Of a stretch of 32,000 nt of DNA, positions 8,958 through 18,222 are shown in pieces. Source of the DNA: Candidatus Heimdallarchaeota archaeon (lineage in GTDB: Archaea; Asgardarchaeota; Heimdallarchaeia; JABLTI01); the NCBI GenBank assembly GCA_030614005.1, contig JAUWKS010000033.1, forward strand, positions 2,840 through 34,839. The letters are read 5' to 3'. The notes beneath the pieces are model-generated. The model made no database searches and was not told where the DNA came from. It saw nothing but the letters and a program-made list of their open reading frames with translations. A program made the position numbers and the translations under genes. The stretch's first letter is position 1, and every line of letters starts with the position of its first letter.

Positions 8958-10454
8958 TTATTTGAATGAAATTTCTGAACAAGAATGAGTAGAGATTTTC
9001 TTTCGTTTCCGATTCAAAAGAATAGGAATTATAATTGAAATAGTAAATGACAGTATCAAAAATGGTAATCTAGGCATCGAAATAATCCTTGTCTCATTTA
9101 TTGTATGATATTGTATCTCAGGAGCTACTACTACTAGAGAAGCGGTTTTTATTCCAAAGTGATCAATTTTCCAAAGAAATACTTGAAAACCATTTTGTCC
9201 ATCATTCACATACCATGAGATAATCATTTCAGATTCCATATCAAGAATAATCTTAAGATCAAAAATAGCTGGACCCCAAAAACAATATTCATTCTTTAAA
9301 AATCGAATTAGTAATTTTGTTTCTATGTGAGATTGATTTTGAGTTGGACTAAAGAGTGAATAATAAATTTCAACGGGATCGTAAATTGCAATACTCGCAG
9401 ATAATGAAGCTATGTGAGTAGAATTCAAACAAACAGTTGTATCTGTGAAAAAATGATCATTCAAAGTTCCTGAATCACCCAAACTTCCATCAGAATTTAA
9501 CAGAAATGATTCATGATAGTAAAACTGTGTAGTATCATTATGCACTCGCCAACAGAAATAGAATGTATTTTCAACCTTATGCAAACGAGCATAGTGGATG
9601 AGCATATCTGTAGTATCAAATAGTAAATTTCTACTCTGTTCTATTATACTTGTTGCGCCTATAGTATATTTAATGCTAGAAATACTCTCAGAGTCATCAT
9701 CTACACAGAGAACTAGAGCATCTCCTTCACTATCTAATAATAAATCTTGAACTTGACCCAGTTCTGTAGGGATTTCAGTTGAAGCTTTGATATTTCCGTC
9801 ATTATTCATCAGATAGTAAAAATTATCCTTTATTAACAGATGAATTGAATCCGTTTCATCTAGTAATAATCCTCTAATTGAATCGTGAGGGCAATAATTT
9901 GAATTCCCAGCTTGTTCAAACGTATGTACAATTTTTGGTGTTATTATTGTTTCTAAGTTTGTATTTAATTTTTGATAAAAGATATTTATTCTTTGAGGTA
10001 TACTAAATTCAATTAAACACCAGAATAAATGCAAGTTATTTACAGAATCGATAAGTAATTGATGTAATCCAAGATCATATTCATTATTTAATGCTAAAGA
10101 ATCTGTATCAAGCACTATTTGAGAACCCTTTACAAGACTTAGATTGGAAGAAAATTCTGAAATTAATAAGTTCTTTTCTCCTTCTCGCCACATAATAAAT
10201 ATGTGGTTATTACTTGAACAAACTGTTCTTGGATTATGAACCTCGGCAGTATCTCCTGAAATAAGATAATCGGATCCATTCTCAGCAGTAATTTGATTGG
10301 ATATATCCAACTCTCCACTATCATTTCTTATAGTGTCAGGTGTATTAACAATTATTTTCATTGGGTGAGATTTAGTTTGAACTGAATCAAATGAAACTAA
10401 AATTAGGATTATTACCAGAATAAAAAGAGTAATTATTTTAGATATCCTTTTCAT
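8958..10454 (-). CDS. Hypothetical surface protein (signal peptide, beta-rich and possibly propeller-like, C-terminal TM + NRKRKK)
   Basis: MKRISK + hydrophobic leader; repeated beta-hairpin motifs (NNHIFIMWRE, NNLHLFWC, FYFCWR, MIISWY); C-terminal anchor. Confidence 0.7.
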   Translation of the reverse strand: MKRISKIITLFILVIILILVSFDSVQTKSHPMKIIVNTPDTIRNDSGELDISNQITAENGSDYLISGDTAEVHNPRTVCSSNNHIFIMWREGEKNLLISEFSSNLSLVKGSQIVLDTDSLALNNEYDLGLHQLLIDSVNNLHLFWCLIEFSIPQRINIFYQKLNTNLETIITPKIVHTFEQAGNSNYCPHDSIRGLLLDETDSIHLLIKDNFYYLMNNDGNIKASTEIPTELGQVQDLLLDSEGDALVLCVDDDSESISSIKYTIGATSIIEQSRNLLFDTTDMLIHYARLHKVENTFYFCWRVHNDTTQFYYHESFLLNSDGSLGDSGTLNDHFFTDTTVCLNSTHIASLSASIAIYDPVEIYYSLFSPTQNQSHIETKLLIRFLKNEYCFWGPAIFDLKIILDMESEMIISWYVNDGQNGFQVFLWKIDHFGIKTASLVVVAPEIQYHTINETRIISMPRLPFLILSFTISIIIPILLNRKRKKISTHSCSEISFK

Positions 10455-10671
10455 TATAATAAGTGTCTCCCAAATATATTATGATCTTTTTATAATTAAA
10501 TTATTCTATATTTTTAAATTTTTAAATAATTTTTGAGAGTTTTTAACGATGAAAAAAGAGCAACTGAAGAAGAAAAGCAATTTTTTGTTATTTATTCTCT
10601 TTTTTCATCAAATTAGCTAAAGTATGATTCCTTTTATATTGATGGCGCACTAATGATATTTGTAGTAGCAA

Positions 10672-11430
10672 TTGCTGAAGACTAATTGGTTGGAGAAATC
10701 GTTATTGAATAAAAGTCGAGAAACACTTACAATCATTGGAGCCATATCGGCAATAATTGCTACAATATGCACAATAGCAGTTATAGCTTTAAGTTTTGTT
10801 ATGACCAATAGTATTCAAACTCCAGGAATAGAAGCCTATATTGTTATGATAAATGACTTGTCTACTTTAAACCTGTTGGAGGCGATATTTGGCATTATGA
10901 GTGGAGTATTCATTATTCCTGCAGCAATTGGCTTTTTGTTCTTTCTGCGATCGAAAATAGACGAAAGAAAACAAAAAATACTCATTTTACCAACGATTAC
11001 ATTTATTCTTGGAAGTGGATTATTAATAGCACTTTATATAATTAAAATAAAAATTATTTTTGAACTGGCACCAAGTTTTGTTGCAGCGATAGAACCGGAA
11101 AAAACACAATTATTAACTCAATTCAATGAGTTAAATTTAATCATAGATATTATTCAATCAATAGCTTATATTTTCGTTTATACTTTAGGAGCAGGTACTT
11201 ACGGATTACTTATTGTAAAAATTGATGAATTAAAAGGCACTCTTGGTTGGACCGCTATTTCAAGTGGTATTTTTGCTCTACTAGTTTTTGGACTATTTAT
11301 TGATGGTACATTTGGAGTAATCTTGCAACTTGGTGCTCAAATAGGATCAATAATGTTCTTCTTTTGGTTGATCAGTATGGCCTATGCTATTCTCTTTCTG
11401 CGAAGAGAAGCAAAGAAAGAAACTCTCTAA
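10672..11430 (+). CDS. DUF4386-like multi-pass membrane protein (paralog 2)
   Basis: About 6 TM segments; homologous to 8094-8834; TTG start. Confidence 0.6.
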   Translation: MLKTNWLEKSLLNKSRETLTIIGAISAIIATICTIAVIALSFVMTNSIQTPGIEAYIVMINDLSTLNLLEAIFGIMSGVFIIPAAIGFLFFLRSKIDERKQKILILPTITFILGSGLLIALYIIKIKIIFELAPSFVAAIEPEKTQLLTQFNELNLIIDIIQSIAYIFVYTLGAGTYGLLIVKIDELKGTLGWTAISSGIFALLVFGLFIDGTFGVILQLGAQIGSIMFFFWLISMAYAILFLRREAKKETL

Positions 11431-11497
11431 ACGAGCACTTGCCATTTATAGATTAAATAGAAAAAAAGTAGCAAAAATGATTAGCTACATAAAATAT

Positions 11498-12187
11498 TCA
11501 TCTGCTTAATTTTATAGAAAACTCTATCGCATAAACTATCTGATTTATACTTAAACAGAGAATACCAATAAAATAGAACAATCCACTTAGAGCACCTATG
11601 TTAAGAAGAGCTAGAATTAAACTAATTCCAATAACAGGAATCCAAACAGGTAAAACATATGCAGAAATTGCTTTCAAGTTAATAGTACTTTCTCCTTCAG
11701 CTAGTTTACTCTTTGTAAATGTAACAACAAACTGCACTAGTATTACAAGAATCATTTTGAGAGTAACATAAGAATAGCTGATATATGCATAATAAAATAC
11801 CATATCAGTGAAAGTAACAGTGACAATTGTGTATAGAATTACATCTATTATATTGATGAACATTATAAAAATAAAAGTCATAGCACCAATTAATAATGGT
11901 ATTTTTGCAGAACCTTGTACCAATCTTGAAGTACCAATAAAACCTATTGTTAAAGTAAGCATTCCAATGAGTAATATATAACTATAAATCATAGTTCCGA
12001 TATGCGCAATTAATATAGTTATAAGTCCAACACCTCTACAATGAAAAATAATTTCAATTATAGAATAGAAAATTAGAAATAAGTGGCTAATACCAATAAT
12101 TATTGTACCAGTCTTTATTAACTTCTTTAACCAATTAACCTCATTAGGAGGATTTGAGCGTTTGATAGTATTTTCTTCAACGTACAT
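11498..12187 (-). CDS. Hypothetical multi-pass membrane protein
   Basis: About 6 hydrophobic segments; GGGGA SD-like sequence upstream; no family recognised. Confidence 0.7.
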   Translation of the reverse strand: MYVEENTIKRSNPPNEVNWLKKLIKTGTIIIGISHLFLIFYSIIEIIFHCRGVGLITILIAHIGTMIYSYILLIGMLTLTIGFIGTSRLVQGSAKIPLLIGAMTFIFIMFINIIDVILYTIVTVTFTDMVFYYAYISYSYVTLKMILVILVQFVVTFTKSKLAEGESTINLKAISAYVLPVWIPVIGISLILALLNIGALSGLFYFIGILCLSINQIVYAIEFSIKLSR

Positions 12188-12337
12188 TTAGTAATGTTCC
12201 CCAAACCCATCTGACATTATAGAGTATATAAACGCTTACAAAAAAATCATGACAAAAATAATTGTTTTAACCAATGTTGGTAAAAAGACAAATTACTTTT
12301 AAAAGATAAATAGCAATTATATTAGGGGGAAATTCGA

Positions 12338-14137
12338 TTGTTTTCCAAGAAAAAACTCAAATTAACAATTATTAGTTTTATACTCTTATCGGGATTTCTA
12401 ACAATTGGATCTAATCGTTACTTTTCTGTTTCAGGAACAGATTGGTCGATAGAAGATACATTTACTGCTAATGGAGATATTTTCCATACAGATATTACTA
12501 CAGCAGTTAATCCGAGTGTAGTTCATATTCTCTTGAATTTTACAACTGCGACAGAAGCAACTATATCACTTTCTGTTTATAATATAACTGCCGGAAATAA
12601 TACTCAAATTTGGAATTCAGGATATGTGGCTTACACTGAGAGATTCGAAAAATCAATTCATCTCAATATTACTGTGGAATCGACAGGAGGATCATATCCT
12701 GCTGAATTTAAGCTATTTATTCATGAGAATGAAATTGAATTATTAACAGATGAAGAAGAATACACTTGGAAAGAAACTTTTTACGCAAGTGGAGATTTCA
12801 ACTATCTAGAAATCACTTATACTGAAATGACAATTGTTAATATTCACACTCAATTAGATATTACTGGATTAGATGATTTTGAGCTTCACACCAAAGTTTC
12901 TCCAGATTATTATGAAGGATGGATGTACTTGGATGGTCCTGAAGAAGAAGAAACACATCTGACCTTTCAAGCAGATCCTGGAGATGTATGGACAATCTAT
13001 TTTGAGCTAATTGGGAATCCGGATTATTTCCCAATGAATTTTACAGTATATATAGACACAACAGACAAAGTTATTGTTGATTCAACAACTGAAACGTACA
13101 CTAATTCGTTATCAGAAGAAAACCAAGTTGATCTATATTCAATTGATGTTACTGAAACACCTCAAAAACTTCGCTGGCATTATGTTGCTAATTATACTCT
13201 TACAATAGACATCTATAATGAAACCGAGCAATTATATCATGACTGGGATGAAGGAGATCATATTACATTCGTAAATATTGATACTTACCTCTTCAAAGTT
13301 TCTTGGGAAACTCCAATCGCAGGTGTAAAAAACAATTATACTTTACGAATGCAATTAGGAAATGTTGTAATTGATTTAGTACCAGAAACTATTACTATTA
13401 TTGATGATATATTCTTTGGTGGACTTGATGAACAGCCTGGATTTACTGTGAATATTCCTTCAGGTGTTTACCAACTTAAAATAATTGAGCTAGGTGATCG
13501 TCATGAATGGGAGCTCGATTTTACTAATGGTTACACAGATAGCTGGAAAAATTATTACTATACAATAATCATAATCGTTCCACCATTTCCAATTCAGGTT
13601 CATAATTGGAAGGAGTTAGTTTATTCAAAACTAACGAACACAACTTGTTCCTTCAATTTTATACTAGATCGACACGGGTCGAGTTCAGATTATGAAATTG
13701 GCTTTTTAATAAGAGAATATACACTACCAAATGACCTAGTGCAAGAAAACCTTGATGGAGATCTTCGTAATTTTCAAGATTTCGATTTCTATCGAGTAAA
13801 CCTACAAGAGACTCAATTTTTAAATATGAGTCTCAATAGCCAGATATTTCTAGCACAAGAATTGTCTGTTGAAATCTTTGATGAGGATTTTATTCATCAA
13901 GGTATTTGGGAAATAAATCATTCCTCTTATGGAATCTTTGAACCCACATTTGCTGGGTATTATTATCTGAAAATTATGCCCAATGATAATGACACATATT
14001 CTTATTCTCTTACAATTAAAATTTTAGAAGTAACGAAAAAAGGTTCTGGATTGAATTTTGGATATTCGTTACTAAGTATACTATCATTAGAATTAATAAT
14101 AATGATTTATATGAAAAAGAAGTCACAGAAAAAATAG
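12338..14137 (+). CDS. Large surface protein with tandem beta-sandwich (PPC-like) modules and a C-terminal TM + basic tail
   Basis: Signal peptide; PPC-like segments (QVDLYSIDV, DFDFYRVNL...GYYYLKI...YSYSLTI); GSGLNFGYSLLSILSLELIIMIYMKKKSQKK. Confidence 0.7.
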   Translation: MFSKKKLKLTIISFILLSGFLTIGSNRYFSVSGTDWSIEDTFTANGDIFHTDITTAVNPSVVHILLNFTTATEATISLSVYNITAGNNTQIWNSGYVAYTERFEKSIHLNITVESTGGSYPAEFKLFIHENEIELLTDEEEYTWKETFYASGDFNYLEITYTEMTIVNIHTQLDITGLDDFELHTKVSPDYYEGWMYLDGPEEEETHLTFQADPGDVWTIYFELIGNPDYFPMNFTVYIDTTDKVIVDSTTETYTNSLSEENQVDLYSIDVTETPQKLRWHYVANYTLTIDIYNETEQLYHDWDEGDHITFVNIDTYLFKVSWETPIAGVKNNYTLRMQLGNVVIDLVPETITIIDDIFFGGLDEQPGFTVNIPSGVYQLKIIELGDRHEWELDFTNGYTDSWKNYYYTIIIIVPPFPIQVHNWKELVYSKLTNTTCSFNFILDRHGSSSDYEIGFLIREYTLPNDLVQENLDGDLRNFQDFDFYRVNLQETQFLNMSLNSQIFLAQELSVEIFDEDFIHQGIWEINHSSYGIFEPTFAGYYYLKIMPNDNDTYSYSLTIKILEVTKKGSGLNFGYSLLSILSLELIIMIYMKKKSQKK

Positions 14138-14155
14138 ACTTCTATTTTCCTTTTT

Positions 14156-14716
14156 TTATTCGATTACTACATCTACTTCCTCGTTTTCTAAATCATCTTT
14201 ATCTTCTTCATCTTCATGCCAAAGATCATCATCTATTCGTTTACGATGTTCTTTTTGAGATATTTTACTTTTCATGGATTTATTTTTATCATGACCGATT
14301 TCAATTGAGGTGGTTATAGTTGATTTTATACTAATCCTACTTTTAAGATAACCTTGGTAAATATCTGGTAAGCTATTAGCAATAGATGCGAGATCACCTT
14401 TTTGTTTATCACGCAAAACAGCAATAGATTTTTTAAAATGAGATTTAACTTTTTCTGGATTAAAATCATCCTTTTTAAAAACAGCTGTTAGAGATGCTAG
14501 TATAGCTTCTTCATTTGATGGAATTAGAAAAACATAACTTGCAAAAAAGCGTTTGCCAATTTTTGATGAAATGAAATCCCCTTCCATTGCTCCAAATGGT
14601 AAGCTCACTGCGGGTAAATTTTTGACTTTTCGTTTAAAGAGTAAATCAGGAATTATCCTGATTATTTCCAAACCAGTCTTACTTTTTACAATCAGACAGA
14701 TACATTCTGGTTTCAT
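14156..14716 (-). CDS. Hypothetical cytoplasmic protein, tentatively a uDENN/longin-like domain, with an acidic tail
   Basis: Beta-beta-alpha-beta-beta-beta-alpha pattern with LPAVSLPFGAMEGDF and a C-terminal DEEDKDDLENEE. The fold call comes from motif recall only. Confidence 0.45.
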   Translation of the reverse strand: MKPECICLIVKSKTGLEIIRIIPDLLFKRKVKNLPAVSLPFGAMEGDFISSKIGKRFFASYVFLIPSNEEAILASLTAVFKKDDFNPEKVKSHFKKSIAVLRDKQKGDLASIANSLPDIYQGYLKSRISIKSTITTSIEIGHDKNKSMKSKISQKEHRKRIDDDLWHEDEEDKDDLENEEVDVVIE

Positions 14717-14774
14717 TTTCTCAAACTCAAGATATTTTTGCTAGGATAAATTAAAATGTATTTCTCTTATTTAA

Positions 14775-14858
14775 AAATGATTAGCGGTAAAAATGAACCT
14801 AAGTTCTATGTTAAAAAACTTTATTTATCTGTGTTTTATTGTATAAATGGAGGGTATT
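14775..14858 (+). promoter_or_regulatory. Orphan copy of the promoter/RBS block found upstream of the second tandem paralog
   Basis: Shares AAATGATTAGC, AAAAAACTTTATTTAT (14813-14828 = 15738-15753) and GGAGGGTATT, in the same order, with 15697-15785. No ORF follows its SD. Confidence 0.65.
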
Positions 14859-15020
14859 TTAACTAAGTATAGTAATTTGAAGCTCTTATTTTGTCAAGAA
14901 TCAAATTAGTATTGCTACATAGCTTAACAGAATACAATATTTACAGTCGCAAATAAAATCTGAAAATCAAATACTAACCGTTGTTAAGAGATTCTCAATA
15001 TTTATTTTGGAGGGTAATAT

Positions 15021-15662
15021 ATGAAAAAGAAAATTATGATTGGAATTTTAGGCATATTACTATGTATTATGATACTACAGATTTCTCCAATTAGAGGAGC
15101 AAATTTTAAAATCGATGATGATATTGCAGATCTAGAATATCACAATAATTCAACAGAGGGGAACCCAGGTCCGAATATTCATTCTGAAATTGATATTGCA
15201 TCTGTGGAAATAGACGGAGTTTCAATATTAATTACTTTCGTTGAAACGCCCAAAGGGGATAATGATACTAGATATATAGTTCGTGTCTATTGGGATGGTG
15301 ATGATTTTCTTGGGAATTGGACAAAATGTCAATGGGGAGAATCATCAAACTCAATTCATACACATTTTGAAAATAGCACCAGTGGAGAAATACTTGATGA
15401 ATATGTAGATGATGTAATAGGTGCAGCTGGCAAAATAATTGTTATACCTATATACCATACAGACTTGATTGCAAATATTATGGATCCACACATTGTTGCT
15501 GTTGATACCCAATTTAGGGTTGCTGTAGGAGAATCTTATACTGATGAGCTAGACTATGCAACAGGTACCTTTCCCTTTCCTGGATTCACTTCATGGATTA
15601 CAATTGGTGGAATATCTCTAATAGTAATGATAGGTTTACTAGTGAAAAAGAAGAAAAGCTAG
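15021..15662 (+). CDS. Surface protein with a PGF-CTERM-like sorting signal (tandem paralog 1)
   Basis: GGAGGG SD; signal peptide; C-terminus TFPFPGFTSWITIGGISLIVMIGLLVKKKKS. Confidence 0.8.
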   Translation: MKKKIMIGILGILLCIMILQISPIRGANFKIDDDIADLEYHNNSTEGNPGPNIHSEIDIASVEIDGVSILITFVETPKGDNDTRYIVRVYWDGDDFLGNWTKCQWGESSNSIHTHFENSTSGEILDEYVDDVIGAAGKIIVIPIYHTDLIANIMDPHIVAVDTQFRVAVGESYTDELDYATGTFPFPGFTSWITIGGISLIVMIGLLVKKKKS

Positions 15663-15787
15663 CTTTTTAGTGAATTCTTCTTTCTATACTTTTTTTAAAT
15701 GATTAGCTGTTAAACTGAATTTTAAATAAATATTATAAAAAAACTTTATTTATATTGTTTTTCATTATTTATATTGGAGGGTATTAT

Positions 15788-16433
15788 TTGAGAAAAAAAA
15801 ATATGATAGAAATTATTGGAATATTACTTTGTATTTTGATACTACAAATCTCTCCTATTCGAGGAGAAATTTTTAAAATCGATGATGATATTGCAGATCT
15901 TGAATATCACAATAATTCAACAGAGGGCAACCCAGGTCCGAATGTTCATTCTGAAATTGATATTGAATCTTTGCAAATAAACGGTGAAGAAATAGCAGTT
16001 TCTTTCGTTGCTACACCTATTGTCGATGAAGATATTTTTTATTTAATTCGTATCTATTGGACAGGTGATGATTTTCTTGGGAACTGGACAAAATGTTGGT
16101 TGAAGGGCTCAGATAACTATGTTCATACTTTTATTGAAGATAGCTCCGGTGGAGAAATAACTGATACACATGAATATGATGTAATAAGTATTGTTGGTTC
16201 TTCTTTAATTATGCCTTTATACAACATATCATTGATCACTAACATGTTTGATCCCTGGTATTGTTAAGGTATGGACTCAATTAACCATTGTAGAAGGAGA
16301 AGAAAATTATGTTGATCATTTAGACTATGCAACAGGTACCTTCCCCTTTCCAGGATTCACTTCTTGGATTACTATGGGTGGAATATCCCTAATAGCAGTG
16401 ATAGGTTTACTAGTGAAAAAGAAGAAAAACTAG
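15788..16433 (+). pseudogene. Surface protein with a PGF-CTERM-like signal (tandem paralog 2), split by a +1 frameshift (real or sequencing error)
   Basis: TTG start at 15788 after GGAGGG, aligned to the paralog 1 start. An extra C in CCC at 16253-16255 joins track ORFs 15755-16267 and 16248-16433 into one full-length paralog. Confidence 0.8.
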
Positions 16434-16642
16434 TTTTTTAGTGAATTCTTCTTTCTTACTTTTTTTTATTCGTTAATCTTTAAATCTAGTAATCAAGAGA
16501 ATGTTTTGAGTTCTGTTATTTTAACTTCGCACGTATTCTTATTCAAGCGAATATAAGCCCTTCATTTTTGTAGTTATATTTGCTATCTGCAGTTATCGTA
16601 CATTTATTAAGGAGAAATATTTCCTTTAGTATTTGATATAAA

Positions 16643-17175
16643 ATGACTGGACAATTATCTGATATTTTTTTATTTAAGGGTGATGTATATAATATTGCAG
16701 CATAGAAGGTAAGGGTCTATTTGTTCCTGAAGATTATGAGATAGAAACCATTCCAGGTGGAACAAACTGTTGGCGAGGATTTCAGGCTTTATATCAAATC
16801 AAGAATAACAAACTAGTGCTAGATCAATTGCAAATCAATGTGAAAGAGGACCCAAAACAAATCAATAATCAAAAGGCAAAGAAAAACAAGTCTTCTTCAT
16901 TTATGTATAATTATAACAAACTTGATCTCGTAATGAAATTCACAGGTTCAGTACATATTGCCAAGGACTTTATTAGAGAATTGTATGTCCACATGGGTCA
17001 TCAGAAAACAAGTTCCTATAAAACTGTTTTTGAACTTCATTTTAAAAAAGGTAAGCTAAAAAAGGAAGAAGACATTTCTAAAGAAATGGCAGAACTACGG
17101 GAACTATATTCTGAAGAACCTACAAAACCTGATAAATGGATTAAAGATTCTTTTTCATTGGATTTTGAGGAATAA
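16643..17175 (+). pseudogene. Conserved-looking hypothetical protein with a 1-nt deletion near codon 20 (real or sequencing error)
   Basis: ATG 16643 MTGQLSDIFLFKGDVYNIAA stops at TAG 16703-16705. The frame from 16702 continues IEGKGLFVPEDYEIET...CWRGFQALY... straight into track ORF 16816-17175. Confidence 0.7.
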
Positions 17176-17207
17176 AAAGAAAAGGAGTTAAAATGAATCA
17201 GTAGCAT

Positions 17208-18145
17208 TCATTTTAAGAGTGGAGCTTTCCTTAGTGTGATTTTCATATCATATTTTTTACCTTTTCTGTAATAAGTTATTTTTACCTCATCACCGATTCT
17301 TCTCTTAACGATTTTTTGAGTTAGAATCTGCACACTAACGATCTCTTCATCATTTAATCCAACAATAATGTCACCAATTACTAAACCCGCTTCTTTGGCT
17401 GGACCTTTTGGAACATCGAGTAACAAAGCACCTTTTTCTACCGGAAATTTATAATAGGTTGCTAATTTTTTAGCAATAGTGTAACCGACTACACCCATCC
17501 AAGGAGTGCTTATTGTTTTTGTATCTCGAAATTCTTCAAGAACTCCTTTTATTGAATCAATGGCAATAGCGAATCCTAATCCTTGAGAATGCTGTATAAC
17601 TGCAGTATTAATACCTATTAATTCACCTTGAGTATTAACTAAAGCACCACCACTATTTCCAGGATTAATATCAGCAGTTGTTTGAATCAAACCTTCTAAT
17701 TGCATTTTATCGGCAGATATTGTTCTATTTAAAGCGCTAATCATTCCAAAAGTAACACTCTTTCCAAGACCTAGAGGATTTCCTATTGCTAAAGCAAACT
17801 GACCAACTTGAAGAGAACTAGAATCACCAATTTTTATTGCTTCGAGTTCTGGAACTTTATCTACTTGTAGAAAAGCAATATCTTGTCCGCGCATTTTTCC
17901 CAGTACTTTGGCTTTTAATTTTTTGCCTTCGTGTAATTGCACTTCAACTGCTGTGGCATTTCTAACGACATGACCATTTGTCACAATTATTCCATCTGCA
18001 TCAAAAATAACACCTGAACCTTGCCCTTGGACAGGTTGCATACGAAATAAATCAACTCTTGCTAATACTGAGTAGAAACACTAACTACACAAGGTAAAAC
18101 GTCATCTACTACTTCAACAATATTTTTTTCTAAACCCTGAAACAT
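17208..18145 (-). CDS. htrA: HtrA/DegP-like trypsin serine protease with one PDZ domain (cytoplasmic; apparent frameshift near 18070)
   Basis: GSGVI, VTNGH, DIA, LIQTTADINPGNSGGAL and a C-terminal PDZ domain. The upstream frame MFQGLEKNIVEVVDDVLPCVVSVST (ATG 18145) joins VLARVDLFRMQP if 1 nt is restored at about 18070. Confidence 0.9.
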
Positions 18146-18222
18146 TTACAATCATTTCATTTCTATAATATTAAATTAAATGAACTTTTTAATAATGACT
18201 AATAAATTATTTTTGGAAAAAA

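Noticed and set aside
15021-16433. Paralog pair as a DGR template/variable repeat
   Set aside because: Differences are not adenine-restricted, both copies are full genes, and no reverse transcriptase is present.
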